This document shows, in pieces, positions 9,941 through 19,971 of a stretch of DNA of 64,000 nucleotides (positions within the stretch are counted from its first letter, which is position 1; each line of letters opens with the position of its first letter). Under the pieces are notes generated by a model that ran no database searches, was not told the DNA's origin, and saw only the letters and a list, made by a program, of their open reading frames with translations. Position numbers and translations under genes: made by a program. The stretch is taken from positions 5,658 through 69,657 of the forward strand of contig DCMZ01000012.1 in NCBI GenBank assembly GCA_002321895.1. The letters run 5' to 3'. Origin of the DNA: Bdellovibrionaceae bacterium UBA1609. Its GTDB lineage: Bacteria > Bdellovibrionota > Bdellovibrionia > Bdellovibrionales > UBA1609.

Positions 9941-12211
9941 TTACTTAGCTTTTGTGGTGACTTTTAATTTATTTTTTTCCGTATCCACATGAACGGTACC
10001 GCCGCTCTTCAGGTCCCCGAATAGAATATCATCCACAAGTTTCTTTTTAATGTGTTCATCGACGACGCGAGCAAAAGGACGAGCGCCGTAGGCGGGGTCG
10101 TATCCTTTCTCAAACAGCCACTCAACCGCAGAGTCCGACACCTCAAGCTCAATCTTCTTTTTACTTAGCTGATCGCCTAACAGTCCGACAAATTTACGGA
10201 CCACTTGCAGAAGTTGAGTTTTCGGCAATTCTTGGAACTCGATGATCGAGTCCAAGCGATTTAAAAACTCCGGTCGAAAAGATTTTTTAATAGCTTCAAT
10301 GGACTTCTTGCTCGAGGATTGCTCATGGATTCCAACGCTTCTTTGAGCCGCTTCAAAAGCTCCGGCGTTACTGGTCATGATGAGTATAACGTTTTGGAAA
10401 TCGGCCATCTTACCATTGCTATCTGTGAGTTTACCGCTATCCATCACCTGGAGAAGCAGATTTAACAGATCTGGATGGGCTTTTTCGATTTCGTCCAATA
10501 ACACCACTGAGTAGGGGTGTTTAGTTACGGCGTCAGTGAGCAGTCCACCTTCTTCGTAACCTACGTATCCCGGAGGAGCTCCTACCATACGCGATACAGA
10601 ATGTTTCTCCATATACTCACTCATGTCAAAGCGTAGGAACTCCACTCCTAAGAGGCGAGCCAGCTGCTTAGAAACCTCGGTTTTCCCTACACCCGTTGGA
10701 CCTGCAAAGAGATAGCTGCCCGTAGGTTTTCCCTCATGGCCGATGCCCGTTCGGTTCATTTTAATTGAAGCTACAAGGCTTTCCACGGCGTCATCTTGTC
10801 CAAACACAACTTTTAAAAGCTCTTCTTTAAGATTCTTTAACTGATTCTTGTCTGAGGAGCTGACGGTTTGGCTCGGGATCTGCGCCATAGAAGCAATCAC
10901 CTTTTCCACTTCAGTGACGCCAATGGTTTTACGAGCTTTGCCTTTAGTCTTCATTCGGATGCGGGCTCCAGCTTCGTCAATCACATCGATGGCTTTATCT
11001 GGGAGCTGCCGCCCATGAATATATTTGGAGGATAAGTCCACGGCCGCAGCCAGTGCGGGACGAGTGTACTTTACGTTATGATGCTTTTCATAATGTTTTT
11101 TAAGGCCCATCAAAATATCAATGGCTTGGTCTCGAGTGGGTTCAGTGACATCGATTTTCTGAAATCGACGAGAAAGAGCGGGATCTTTCTCAAAGTGATT
11201 GCGGTATTCTTTGTAGGTTGTAGAACCTATGCAGCTTAATTTTCCATCGGAGAGCATGGGTTTCAATAGATTAGAGGCATCCATTGAGCCTCCGGAAGTG
11301 GCTCCGGCTCCAACTACAGTATGAATTTCATCAATGAAGAGTATCGCATTGGTTCGACTTTCTAATGATTTGAGAACGCCTTTGAGGCGTTGCTCGAAAT
11401 CTCCACGGTACTTGGTCCCGGCCAGTAGTGAGCCCATATCCAAGGCAAACACTTCCGCCTTTTTAAGCGTATCTGGAACTTCACCATCAACTATCATCTG
11501 CGCGAGTCCACCAGCAATGGCTGTTTTACCCACTCCCGGTTCACCAACGAGTAATGGATTGTTTTTTGTACGACGGGCAAGGACTTGCATGGTTCTTTCA
11601 AGAAGAAGATTTCGACCAATGAGAGGGTCAATAAGTCCTCTCTTGGCTTTTTCATTGAGGTTTTCCGCAAAGGCTTCTAAAGGGTCTTTCTCAGGATCAG
11701 TCAGAGGATCTTGTGCTTCTTTAACCTCAGAGTTTGAATCTGTGCTGGATTCCGCGCCAAACTTGCCGACCCCATGGGATACATAGTTGATCACGTCAAA
11801 CTGTTCGAGTCCTTGTTTTCGCAAAAAATAGGTGGCGTGACTGTCGCCTTCATGAAAAATGGCGATGAGCACATTGGCTGGCTTCACTTTTTCTTGACCA
11901 CTACTCTGTACTTGAATGGCAGCTCTTTGTAACAGGCGTTGAAAGGCCAAAGTGAGCTCTGGATTGTAATCTGCTTTTAAGCTAGCTTCCTGAGGGGCCT
12001 CCAGGGATTTTGAATAGGTGTCTTTTAGGTAAGAATCCAAATCCTTTTTTAGAGTTTCTATGTTAACAAGACACTGAGTTAAAATCTCCTGAACATCAGA
12101 ATCATCGGTGAGTTGAAAAAGGATGTGCTCTAAGGTGACAAATTCATGGCCAAATTTTTTAGCCATTGCGATTGAATCATTGAGTACTTTTTCCAATTTA
12201 GGGTCTAACAC
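9941..12211 (-). CDS. clpA: ATP-dependent Clp protease ATP-binding subunit ClpA
   Basis: Two AAA+ modules (GEPGVGKTA and GPTGVGKTE Walker A) plus a Clp N-domain. Start set to GTG 12209-12211, 8 nt after AAGGAG. The track ORF to 12286 would overlap clpS by 53 nt. Confidence 0.95.
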   Translation of the reverse strand: MLDPKLEKVLNDSIAMAKKFGHEFVTLEHILFQLTDDSDVQEILTQCLVNIETLKKDLDSYLKDTYSKSLEAPQEASLKADYNPELTLAFQRLLQRAAIQVQSSGQEKVKPANVLIAIFHEGDSHATYFLRKQGLEQFDVINYVSHGVGKFGAESSTDSNSEVKEAQDPLTDPEKDPLEAFAENLNEKAKRGLIDPLIGRNLLLERTMQVLARRTKNNPLLVGEPGVGKTAIAGGLAQMIVDGEVPDTLKKAEVFALDMGSLLAGTKYRGDFEQRLKGVLKSLESRTNAILFIDEIHTVVGAGATSGGSMDASNLLKPMLSDGKLSCIGSTTYKEYRNHFEKDPALSRRFQKIDVTEPTRDQAIDILMGLKKHYEKHHNVKYTRPALAAAVDLSSKYIHGRQLPDKAIDVIDEAGARIRMKTKGKARKTIGVTEVEKVIASMAQIPSQTVSSSDKNQLKNLKEELLKVVFGQDDAVESLVASIKMNRTGIGHEGKPTGSYLFAGPTGVGKTEVSKQLARLLGVEFLRFDMSEYMEKHSVSRMVGAPPGYVGYEEGGLLTDAVTKHPYSVVLLDEIEKAHPDLLNLLLQVMDSGKLTDSNGKMADFQNVILIMTSNAGAFEAAQRSVGIHEQSSSKKSIEAIKKSFRPEFLNRLDSIIEFQELPKTQLLQVVRKFVGLLGDQLSKKKIELEVSDSAVEWLFEKGYDPAYGARPFARVVDEHIKKKLVDDILFGDLKSGGTVHVDTEKNKLKVTTKAK

Positions 12212-12233
12212 AATAACAACTCCTTTTATGAAA

Positions 12234-12593
12234 TTAAGATTCCTCTTCCATGATGCATTTAAGTGGGTGGCGGTGATTTCGAGCATACTCGTTCACTTGA
12301 AACACTTTGGTCTCCGCAATTTCGTGAGGATAGACGCCACAAAGGCCTGCCCCTTTTTGATGCACTTGCAGCATGATCGAATTGGCATTGGGTTCTGATT
12401 TCTTGAAAAACTTAACTAAAACATGAACCACAAAATCCATAGGGGTAAAATCGTCATTGAGGAGCATCACCTTATACATGGAAGGTTTTTTCAATTCCTG
12501 CTTCGGACGGGTCAGCGTCTTTGTGCCTCCCTGATCTTCTTCTCTGTCGGATCCAAAGATAATGGGTAGTTGAGGTTTGTTCTTGCTACTCAT
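12234..12593 (-). CDS. clpS: ClpA adaptor protein ClpS
   Basis: 119 aa with the core [21 protein letters not shown]...[15 protein letters not shown] typical of ClpS. Lies immediately upstream of clpA. Confidence 0.95.
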   Translation of the reverse strand: MSSKNKPQLPIIFGSDREEDQGGTKTLTRPKQELKKPSMYKVMLLNDDFTPMDFVVHVLVKFFKKSEPNANSIMLQVHQKGAGLCGVYPHEIAETKVFQVNEYARNHRHPLKCIMEEES

Positions 12594-13064
12594 GGGTCTA
12601 TTTCCTCCACCTACTTAATATGAGACACCTTTCTCTATTGTAAAGGTGAAAACTGAATGGGGCTAGCGGCGAGCCTTGGCTAAGAGGAAAACCCGACGGA
12701 ATGAGTGCGCACAGTGTTGAGTTGATAGACAAAAAAGCTAACTTTAAGGATAAGAATCATTCGATTTGATACATAATAAGAACTCATAATGAACGTAATA
12801 AGCTTTGGAGGAATCTAACTTTGGTCTAGGCTGATTCGTAGTGAGACACGAACCTTAAAAACTGACGAATTTGGTCACTTTTGCTATCTAAACCAATGCC
12901 GTTTGTTGGCGAAGGGTTAATAATCCAGGCAGCATAAGGGTTTGCCGGCAGGGCTAGGGGTGACAACTTTTGCACAGAGGCCCTAAATGGGTAAGGTGTT
13001 GTTTTACATTGAGAATTTTGTGTTTCATTAAGACGCGACTTTGTAACGAAATGATTCAAAAACT

Positions 13065-13080
13065 TGGTATTTCCATTGCA
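13065..13080 (+). promoter_or_regulatory. Candidate sigma-54 (-24/-12) promoter for the pilin gene
   Basis: TGGTAT-TTCCA-TTGCA fits TGGCAC-N5-TTGCW, with GG (13066-67) and GC (13078-79) at the correct spacing, about 80 nt upstream of the pilin ATG. The -12 element overlaps the inverted repeat TTGCAG-n7-CTGCAA. Confidence 0.45.
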
Positions 13081-13158
13081 GCTTTTTACTGCAATGACAA
13101 TAATGTAGCTGTCACATTAAAAATAAAATAAGAAAATAAGAACGTAGGGGGATAAACT

Positions 13159-13698
13159 ATGAACATTCTTAAGTCTAACAAAGGTTTCTCGTTGATCGAG
13201 CTAATGGTGGTTGTTGCGATCATCGGTATTTTGGCATCGATTGCGGTACCAAACTTTCAAAGGTTCCAAAGAACCACTCGTCAAAAAGAAGCACAGTCTA
13301 TGATGTCTGGTGTTTGGAAAGCAGAAAAAGCGTTTTTCCAACAGTACAACCAGTTTACGTCTGACTTGGTTTCTGCAGGATACCGTCCTGAGGGAACTCT
13401 GTTCTACACAGTGGGTTTTAACGCAGCAGATTCACTAGCGAACCCAAGAAACTGGTTTTCAGCGACTGCACTTGATAACGCAATGTTTAGCTCAGCTGTT
13501 TTATGTACTGCAGGTCCATTTAACGCCACTTGTGAAGATCCTAACCAAACTCTTCCAGGCAATACAGCAACGCCTACTGGTATTGGTGATAACGGTGCTT
13601 TTGTAATCGGTTCTTCTGGTGACATTGGTGGTACGACTTTAGATCACTGGACACTAGACGAGAATAAAGATCTAATTAACACTCAAGATGGTCTTTAA
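13159..13698 (+). CDS. pilA: Type IVa pilin (PilA-like) with class III prepilin leader
   Basis: MNILKSNKG/FSLIELMVVVAIIGILASIAVPNF: a short basic leader, G-1, F+1, E+5 and a hydrophobic alpha1 helix. SD GGGGGA lies upstream. Confidence 0.85.
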   Translation: MNILKSNKGFSLIELMVVVAIIGILASIAVPNFQRFQRTTRQKEAQSMMSGVWKAEKAFFQQYNQFTSDLVSAGYRPEGTLFYTVGFNAADSLANPRNWFSATALDNAMFSSAVLCTAGPFNATCEDPNQTLPGNTATPTGIGDNGAFVIGSSGDIGGTTLDHWTLDENKDLINTQDGL

Positions 13699-13722
13699 GA
13701 TCAACTCTTAGTTTAGAGTTAG

Positions 13723-13756
13723 AAAAGCTCCTCCTTGGTGAGGAGCTTTTTTTTTG
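13723..13756 (+). terminator. Rho-independent terminator after pilA
   Basis: AAGCTCCTC-cttggt-GAGGAGCTT hairpin followed by T9. Confidence 0.7.
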
Positions 13757-13788
13757 TCTTAATCCCAGTAATTGTCTAAACTCAACCT

Positions 13789-14583
13789 ATGAATAAAAAA
13801 TGGACCAAAAAAGATTTTGTATTAGGGCTGGTCGCCTTCGCCCTATGTGTTCTGATCTTTAGTATTCAATCCACCAAAAGCTTGTATGAAAAGCGAAATA
13901 GTTACTTGGTACCACCTCAATCCATTAAATACATGACCTTTGGCTATGAGGATGTTTTAGCGGATTCGCTATGGATTCGGTTGATTCAAGATTTCAGTAC
14001 CTGTGATCCAAGTGGAAAAGCGGGCGTACAAGAGTATCTCAGGCAAGATTTAAGGTCAGAGGAATTGGATGAATCTTTGAAAGATGCGGACAGTGAAAAG
14101 CTCTATGAGTTGTATGAAGAGAAGTGGAAAGCTCCCAAATGTCATATGAGTTGGGTCTATTATATGTTGGATCGCATCACGGATTTATCTCCAAAGTTTG
14201 ATCGAGCTTATCGAACGGGTGGTCTGTTTTTGAGTATTGTACTTGATGATCGTGTGGGTGGAGAGTTGTTTTACGATAAGGCTCTGAAAGATCACCCCAA
14301 CAACTGGCAGTTGGCTTACCATGCGGGCTATCATGCATTGTATGAAACTCGAAAGTTCTCTAAGGCAGCAGATCTGTTTAAATTGGCAGCAGATAATGGA
14401 GCTCCCCACTGGGTGTATGCCCTTGCCGCTAAACTGCATGAGCGAACCGGTCGGGCCGAATTGACAGTGAGGTACCTGACAGAGGTGCTTGAGAACAATC
14501 CGGATATCAATGCTGAGCGATTTAGAGAGCGTCTCGAGATGGCTAAAGAAGTTTTAAGAAAAACTCAAAACAAAACCCAGTAA
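13789..14583 (+). CDS. Hypothetical membrane-anchored helical-repeat (TPR-like) protein
   Basis: 264-aa ORF with one N-terminal TM (FVLGLVAFALCVLIFSI) and a helical, TPR-like C-terminal half. No family recognised. Confidence 0.45.
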   Translation: MNKKWTKKDFVLGLVAFALCVLIFSIQSTKSLYEKRNSYLVPPQSIKYMTFGYEDVLADSLWIRLIQDFSTCDPSGKAGVQEYLRQDLRSEELDESLKDADSEKLYELYEEKWKAPKCHMSWVYYMLDRITDLSPKFDRAYRTGGLFLSIVLDDRVGGELFYDKALKDHPNNWQLAYHAGYHALYETRKFSKAADLFKLAADNGAPHWVYALAAKLHERTGRAELTVRYLTEVLENNPDINAERFRERLEMAKEVLRKTQNKTQ

Positions 14584-14629
14584 ACCCCTGATTATATTAG
14601 ATTTATAGATCTGTAAAAAGTCGAATCAT

Positions 14630-14660
14630 CACCTTGACGGATGGGTGCTCGAACACATAT
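14630..14660 (+). promoter_or_regulatory. Candidate heat-shock (sigma-32-like) promoter of dnaJ
   Basis: CACCTTGACGGATG (14630-14643) recurs identically upstream of dnaK. CTTGACG-N13-ACACATAT resembles CTTGAAA-N13-15-CCCCATNT. Confidence 0.4.
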
Positions 14661-14700
14661 TTGTAGGGTCCAATATCTATCGATCGGGAAAGACGTGCAA

Positions 14701-15792
14701 ATGAGTGATGATTTTTACAATATTCTGGGTGTGGAACGTTCAGCGGATGAAGCCACAATTAAAAAGGCCTACAGAAAGCAGGCCATGAAATTCCACCCCG
14801 ATAAAAACCCGGGAGATAAAGAAGCTGAGGAAAAGTTTAAAAAAGCTGCGCAGGCCTACGAAGTTTTAGGCAATCCTACAAAAAGGCAAAATTACGATCG
14901 CTTTGGTCATGCTGGTGGAGCCGGTTTTGGCGGGCAAGGTTTTGGTGATGTAGGGGATATTTTTGACGCTTTTGGAGATATTTTTGGAGATATGTTTGGT
15001 GGAGGACCAACGGGTCGACGGCGTCGTCAAGGACGTGGACCACGGCCAGGTGCTGATCTCAGGTATTACCTTGAAGTGGATTTAGAAACTGTTCTTAGTG
15101 GGGATAAGCAGCCCATCGAGTTTGATTATGAAGTGGACTGTGGCACCTGTAATGGTTCCGGAGCAAAAGAAGGTACAACGCCAGAAACCTGTGGCCACTG
15201 TGGTGGTGCGGGGCAGGTGGTTCAGCGCCAAGGTTTTTTTCAAATGGCCACCACATGTCCCGTGTGTCGTGGCGAAGGCACCATCATCAAGGATCCCTGT
15301 GACACCTGTCATGGGAAGGGTAGAACTAAATCCCATAAGAAATTGGAAGTGACTGTTCCGGCTGGCATCGAAAGCGGCAATCAATTGCGACTTTCAGGCG
15401 AAGGCGAAGGCGGTTATTTAGGAGGGCCTGCGGGTCATCTCTATGTTGAAGTGAGGGTGCGTCCGGATGATCGATTTGAACGCCAGGGCCAAAACTTGAT
15501 CAGCCGAATCAATGTTAGCTATCTGCAGGCTCTTTTGGGCGCAGATCTTCAGGTGGATGGGATTGAAGGGAAAGAAGATCTCTCTTTGCCTAAAGGAACT
15601 GAGCCTGGGGATTTAGTGAAGCTTTCTGAAAAAGGGCTACCCAGCCTGCGGAGAGCCAAGCGAGGTGAGCACATATTCCAGGTTCATGTAGAATTCCCTA
15701 AAAAATTAGCTAAAAAAGAAGAGGCTTTGCTTCGAGAGATCGCCCAGTTGAAAGGTGAGGAAGTGGCTGAAAAGAAAGGCTTTTTTAGCTAA
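14701..15792 (+). CDS. dnaJ: Molecular chaperone DnaJ
   Basis: J domain (DFYNILGV...HPDKNPGD), G/F-rich linker, four CxxCxGxG zinc motifs and a C-terminal substrate domain. Start trimmed to ATG 14701. Confidence 0.95.
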   Translation: MSDDFYNILGVERSADEATIKKAYRKQAMKFHPDKNPGDKEAEEKFKKAAQAYEVLGNPTKRQNYDRFGHAGGAGFGGQGFGDVGDIFDAFGDIFGDMFGGGPTGRRRRQGRGPRPGADLRYYLEVDLETVLSGDKQPIEFDYEVDCGTCNGSGAKEGTTPETCGHCGGAGQVVQRQGFFQMATTCPVCRGEGTIIKDPCDTCHGKGRTKSHKKLEVTVPAGIESGNQLRLSGEGEGGYLGGPAGHLYVEVRVRPDDRFERQGQNLISRINVSYLQALLGADLQVDGIEGKEDLSLPKGTEPGDLVKLSEKGLPSLRRAKRGEHIFQVHVEFPKKLAKKEEALLREIAQLKGEEVAEKKGFFS

Positions 15793-15804
15793 GTCCATGA
15801 AACC

Positions 15805-15840
15805 CACCTTGACGGATGATTTTATGATCACAAGTTAAGA
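15805..15840 (+). promoter_or_regulatory. Candidate dnaK promoter carrying the same 14-nt element as dnaJ
   Basis: CACCTTGACGGATG at 15805-15818, identical to 14630-14643 and 86 nt upstream of the dnaK ATG. The -10 region matches sigma-32 less well. Confidence 0.35.
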
Positions 15841-15903
15841 GTGTGGATAAGATAAAAGCAATTTAATCCATTTATTTATGAATTATTTTAAGGAGAAACA
15901 GCA

Positions 15904-17811
15904 ATGGGTAAAATTATTGGAATTGACTTAGGAACCACAAACTCTTGTGTGGCGGTTATGGAAGGCGGAGAAGCTAAAGTGATCGTAAATGAAGAGGGAG
16001 GGAGAACCACTCCATCCATCGTGGCCTATACAAAAGATGGCGATAAATTAGTCGGGCAAGTGGCTAAAAGGCAGGCTGTAACTAACCCCGAGAACACTGT
16101 GTATTCGGCGAAGCGTTTTATTGGACGCAGATATGGTGAAGTGGCTGATGAGACAAAGCGTGTTCCTTATCTTGTAGAAGATAAGGGTAATGGCGATTGT
16201 ATTTTTGATATCAAAGGCACCAAAGTATCACCAGAAGAGATTTCTGCAGCGGTATTAGGTAAGCTTAAAAAAGTGGCTGAAGATTACTTAGGTCACGAAG
16301 TGACAGAAGCTGTAATTACGGTTCCTGCTTACTTTAACGATGCTCAACGACAAGCGACTAAGGATGCGGGTAAAATCGCTGGATTAGAAGTGAAGCGTAT
16401 CATTAACGAGCCAACGGCTGCCGCTCTTGCTTATGGTTTAGATAAAAAGGCCGAAGAGAAGATTGCTATCTTTGACTTTGGTGGTGGAACATTTGACGTT
16501 TCTATTCTTGAAGTGGGTGACAACGTTGTAGAAGTAAAAGCTACAAACGGAGACACTCACCTGGGTGGTGATGATTTTGATGATAAGATTTTAGATTGGA
16601 TGATCTCTGAGTTTAAGAAAGATCAAGGGATTGATTTAGCCAACGATAAGATGGCTCTTCAGCGCTTAAAAGAAGCAGCAGAAAAGGCTAAAATCGAGTT
16701 AAGTACGGCTCAAGGGACGGAAATTAACCTTCCTTTCGTAACGGCAGATGCCTCTGGTCCTAAGCATTTGAACTTAACGCTTTCTCGAGCCAAGTTTGAG
16801 CAGATGGTTGATGATCTTGTACAGCGGTCTTTGGAGCCGTGTAAAAAGGCGATTAAAGATGCTGGTCTTTCTGAAAGTCAGATTGATGAAGTGGTACTTG
16901 TGGGTGGTACGACTCGTATCCCTGCCATCCAGGAAGCGGTTAAAAAGTTTTTTGGTAAAGAGCTGAACAAGTCTGTGAACCCAGATGAAGTTGTGGCTTT
17001 GGGAGCTGCAGTTCAAGGTGGGGTTTTGGCCGGTGATGTGAAAGATGTTCTTCTTCTAGACGTGACACCTCTTTCACTAGGAATTGAAACTCTGGGTGGC
17101 GTAATGACTCGCTTGATTGAGCGTAACACTACGATCCCTTCTAAGAAGTCTCAAACCTTCTCAACGGCTGCGGATAACCAAACCAGTGTGGATGTACATG
17201 TTTGCCAAGGTGAGCGTGAAATGGCGGCTGACAATAAGACTTTGGGTCGATTTGAGTTGGTAGGAATTCCACCAGCACCTAGAGGTGTTCCTCAGATTGA
17301 AGTTACTTTTGATATTGATGCCAACGGCATTATCAATGTATCCGCCAAGGATCAGGGTTCTGGTAAAGAGCAGGCCATTAAGATCACTTCTAAGTCTGGA
17401 TTGACAGAGGAAGAAATCGATCAAATGGTCAAAGATGCGGAAGTGCATGCGGCTGATGACAAAAAGAAGAAAGAAGCTATTACTACTAAGAATGAATTGG
17501 ACAACTTAGTTTATGCAACGGAAAAAATGGTTCAAGAGAATGAGAGCTCTCTATCTGATGCCGATAAAGAGAAGATCACTTCGGCTGTAGATGAAGCGAA
17601 AAAAGCCATTGAAGCCGATGATCTTGCAGCAATGAAGGCTGCTAGCGAGAAGCTAACAACGGCCAGCCATGAGTTGAGTTCTGTACTTTACAAGAACCAA
17701 TCTGGTGGTGGAGATGCCGCCGGTGGCGCTGCAGATTCCTCTTCATCCAATTCTGAAGGTGGGGAAGATGTGATCGACGCGGACTTTAAAGACGTGAATG
17801 ACACCAACTAA
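15904..17811 (+). CDS. dnaK: Molecular chaperone DnaK (Hsp70)
   Basis: [23 protein letters not shown] and [10 protein letters not shown] signatures. 635 aa with an acidic/Gly-rich C-terminal tail. Confidence 0.98.
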   Translation: MGKIIGIDLGTTNSCVAVMEGGEAKVIVNEEGGRTTPSIVAYTKDGDKLVGQVAKRQAVTNPENTVYSAKRFIGRRYGEVADETKRVPYLVEDKGNGDCIFDIKGTKVSPEEISAAVLGKLKKVAEDYLGHEVTEAVITVPAYFNDAQRQATKDAGKIAGLEVKRIINEPTAAALAYGLDKKAEEKIAIFDFGGGTFDVSILEVGDNVVEVKATNGDTHLGGDDFDDKILDWMISEFKKDQGIDLANDKMALQRLKEAAEKAKIELSTAQGTEINLPFVTADASGPKHLNLTLSRAKFEQMVDDLVQRSLEPCKKAIKDAGLSESQIDEVVLVGGTTRIPAIQEAVKKFFGKELNKSVNPDEVVALGAAVQGGVLAGDVKDVLLLDVTPLSLGIETLGGVMTRLIERNTTIPSKKSQTFSTAADNQTSVDVHVCQGEREMAADNKTLGRFELVGIPPAPRGVPQIEVTFDIDANGIINVSAKDQGSGKEQAIKITSKSGLTEEEIDQMVKDAEVHAADDKKKKEAITTKNELDNLVYATEKMVQENESSLSDADKEKITSAVDEAKKAIEADDLAAMKAASEKLTTASHELSSVLYKNQSGGGDAAGGAADSSSSNSEGGEDVIDADFKDVNDTN

Positions 17812-17834
17812 GTTTTAATACAGGTTTTAATGGA

Positions 17835-17866
17835 AAAGGCTCTCCGCTAGGAGGGCCTTTTTTTTG
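17835..17866 (+). terminator. Rho-independent terminator after dnaK
   Basis: GGCTCTCC-gcta-GGAGGGCC hairpin (1 mismatch) followed by T8. Confidence 0.7.
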
Positions 17867-17910
17867 ATTCATGCTTTGGAATGCTGGTCGATGGCCATGT
17901 GGGAGGTAGA

Positions 17911-18537
17911 TTATTCGATCCGAATGCCGTCATCTCCGAAATAAAGTAGTGCACCTATACTTATATAGCTGAATGAGTTGTCGTTAATTCTCAGTCCCAT
18001 TTCTGCTGTGAATTGTAGTTTTTCAAAATTATAAGTCTTCCAAATACTACCAAAAATGAGTTGCCCAGATAATTGGAGGTCCCCATCATAGCTGACTCCA
18101 TATAAGGGGACAGAGATATAAGAATCAAAGGATCCATATTCCGTACTAAAGTTTTTGCTGACAATGGGGCCCGCGAAAACTCCGGTCTCATTGATTCCAT
18201 CTGGTTTCGCGACCAAAATTCCTCCGATGGCTCCAATGGCAGGTTGTTCTTCGAAGTCCGGGTAGGGGATCCATTTGTACTGCCCTACAAAATGGTAATC
18301 CGCAAAACCAGTACCGAGTTTAAATCCTATTTCGGAGTCTGCATCGAGAGGTAGAGACCCACCAGCAGTCAAACTCCCAAAAGTACCGGGATCAGTGATT
18401 AACTGTTGGGAAAGATGGATCTTATATTCGCCCGGATTTAAAACTTTTCCTGACTCATGAATGGCAAGATAGGCCTGGGAAGCCAGTCCAAAAAACAAAA
18501 AACTGACAAATGTTACAAATAGAGAAATGTGTTTCAT
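17911..18537 (-). CDS. Hypothetical secreted beta-rich protein
   Basis: Signal peptide MKHISLFVTFVSFLFFGLASQA. Gly/aromatic-rich alternating pattern suggests beta strands. No family recognised. Confidence 0.5.
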   Translation of the reverse strand: MKHISLFVTFVSFLFFGLASQAYLAIHESGKVLNPGEYKIHLSQQLITDPGTFGSLTAGGSLPLDADSEIGFKLGTGFADYHFVGQYKWIPYPDFEEQPAIGAIGGILVAKPDGINETGVFAGPIVSKNFSTEYGSFDSYISVPLYGVSYDGDLQLSGQLIFGSIWKTYNFEKLQFTAEMGLRINDNSFSYISIGALLYFGDDGIRIE

Positions 18538-18686
18538 TGGATCTCCTCAAATAGAGTCACTTCTAAAGTCCGGTAACGTATCATACTGGGAACTCCGGGA
18601 CTATTAGATAAGTTTAGCCTCTAAATAAAAAACTAAACAAATCTTCCCTTAATGAAAAGGGATGTCGGGCCGAAAAGGAGTTTGAT

Positions 18687-19892
18687 ATGGCTTGGATATT
18701 TCGTCAAATTCTCCTTCTAGGGTTGGTGCTAGGGTGGGAGTCCGTTTGGGCTTCTGATAGCTGTGAGTGCGCGAAAATCACTTGTGGGCCATGTGAAATG
18801 TCGCAGAGTTTAAAATTCTATACTGAAAAATGTGAAGCTGGGGCAAAGACGAAGTCCTGTGCTCGACCCGTATGTGTGCCCCTAGATCCCATGCCTGAAC
18901 ATTGTGTTGCTGAGGCGGCAAAAGATGTCGAGCGAAAAGTCGCCAGTCAATCAAAAGCAAAACCAATCACTATGGCGCAGGCCAATGTTGAAGTAGCGAC
19001 TGTGCAAAAGTTCAGAGGTTCCGCTTGGGTAAAATCGGCTCTTAATAAAAAATCGACCATCCAAAAAGACATGAAGATCTACGAAACAGATACGATCATA
19101 ACGGGTAGTAAAAGTGCAGTGGTTCTTATCTTTAACGATTTGAATCGGGTTTTTATACATGCTGATACAGAGGTTCAAATTACCGAATACACTCAGGCTA
19201 AAGAGAAAAAGCGTAGACGGGCACTATTGGATCTCAAGAAGGGTAAGTTGCGAAGTTCGGTGAAGCAAAAATATGAAAACTCACAACAGTCTTTCTACCG
19301 GGTTCGCTCAAAATCTGCGGTGGCGGGGGTCCGAGGGACTGATTTCGTGGTAGAAATTAGTAGCGGCACTAAGCAAGAAACAAAAATCTCAACCCTCTCC
19401 GGTGAGGTAGGACTGAGTGGTCGGTTTGAGGATGCTAAAGTGGTATCAGTTCCCAATGGACACAGAGCCAGCTTTGTAGTTAATACGGCTGATAACTCAA
19501 TGTTTGATGATTCTGAAAAGAGAGAGTTTGCGGCAAAGGGCTACTTAACTCCTGTTTATAAGATGTCAGATCATCAAGTGAAAGAAATCACCTATGAAAT
19601 GAGTATTGCCCGGTTTGATGCTCCTGAAAAGAAGCCCAAAAAAGAAGTTAAGCCGAAAATGGTCTCCTCAGATGTTTGCCAATCACCTTCGGCACAATTG
19701 AATCAGTGTCTATGGACTTGCAGTGGAAACCCTAAGGGTCAAAATGAATGCAGAATAGATCTTCCGTCGGTGTCATGCGTGCGGAAGAGATGTAATGCGA
19801 ATGGGGAATGGAAAGAGGAGACTCGAATCCCAGCTAGTGAATCTTTTCAATGTCCTGCAGAGGGATATACTGTAAAGGCCTGTGATTATTAA
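18687..19892 (+). CDS. Secreted FecR-domain protein flanked by Cys-rich N- and C-terminal modules
   Basis: Signal peptide. FecR-type core KSAVVLIFNDLNRVFIHADTEV...AVAGVRGTDFVV. About 10 Cys in residues 24-75 and about 10 Cys in the last 75 residues. Confidence 0.7.
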   Translation: MAWIFRQILLLGLVLGWESVWASDSCECAKITCGPCEMSQSLKFYTEKCEAGAKTKSCARPVCVPLDPMPEHCVAEAAKDVERKVASQSKAKPITMAQANVEVATVQKFRGSAWVKSALNKKSTIQKDMKIYETDTIITGSKSAVVLIFNDLNRVFIHADTEVQITEYTQAKEKKRRRALLDLKKGKLRSSVKQKYENSQQSFYRVRSKSAVAGVRGTDFVVEISSGTKQETKISTLSGEVGLSGRFEDAKVVSVPNGHRASFVVNTADNSMFDDSEKREFAAKGYLTPVYKMSDHQVKEITYEMSIARFDAPEKKPKKEVKPKMVSSDVCQSPSAQLNQCLWTCSGNPKGQNECRIDLPSVSCVRKRCNANGEWKEETRIPASESFQCPAEGYTVKACDY

Positions 19893-19971
19893 GATTCCAG
19901 AAAAGAAATCATTACACTAACAATTTCAAAAATATTCGTGCTAGCTTTCTGCTACAAGTTGGGAGGCTCTG

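Noticed and set aside
11334-11786. A 150-aa ORF antisense within clpA, and similar nested or antisense ORFs in the track (941-1177, 2191-2424, 8793-9077, 15082-15384, 22704-23193, 27493-27970, 29535-29951, 37034-37417, 42735-43136, 46436-46726, 52820-53266, 59190-59384 and others).
   Set aside because: They lie wholly inside, and opposite or out of frame to, strongly supported genes. They have low-complexity or Arg/Ser/Pro-rich translations typical of shadow frames and lack SD sequences.
12826-13059. A 77-aa reverse-strand ORF in the clpS-pilA intergenic region.
   Set aside because: No SD or recognisable motif, and its composition resembles random translation. It overlaps the likely pilA upstream regulatory region, so I kept it only as part of the intergenic finding.
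14584-15903. Looked for an HrcA CIRCE operator (TTAGCACTC-N9-GAGTGCTAA) upstream of dnaJ and dnaK.
   Set aside because: No match. Only an imperfect GTGCTCGAACAC dyad at 14646-14657, which is too weak to call.
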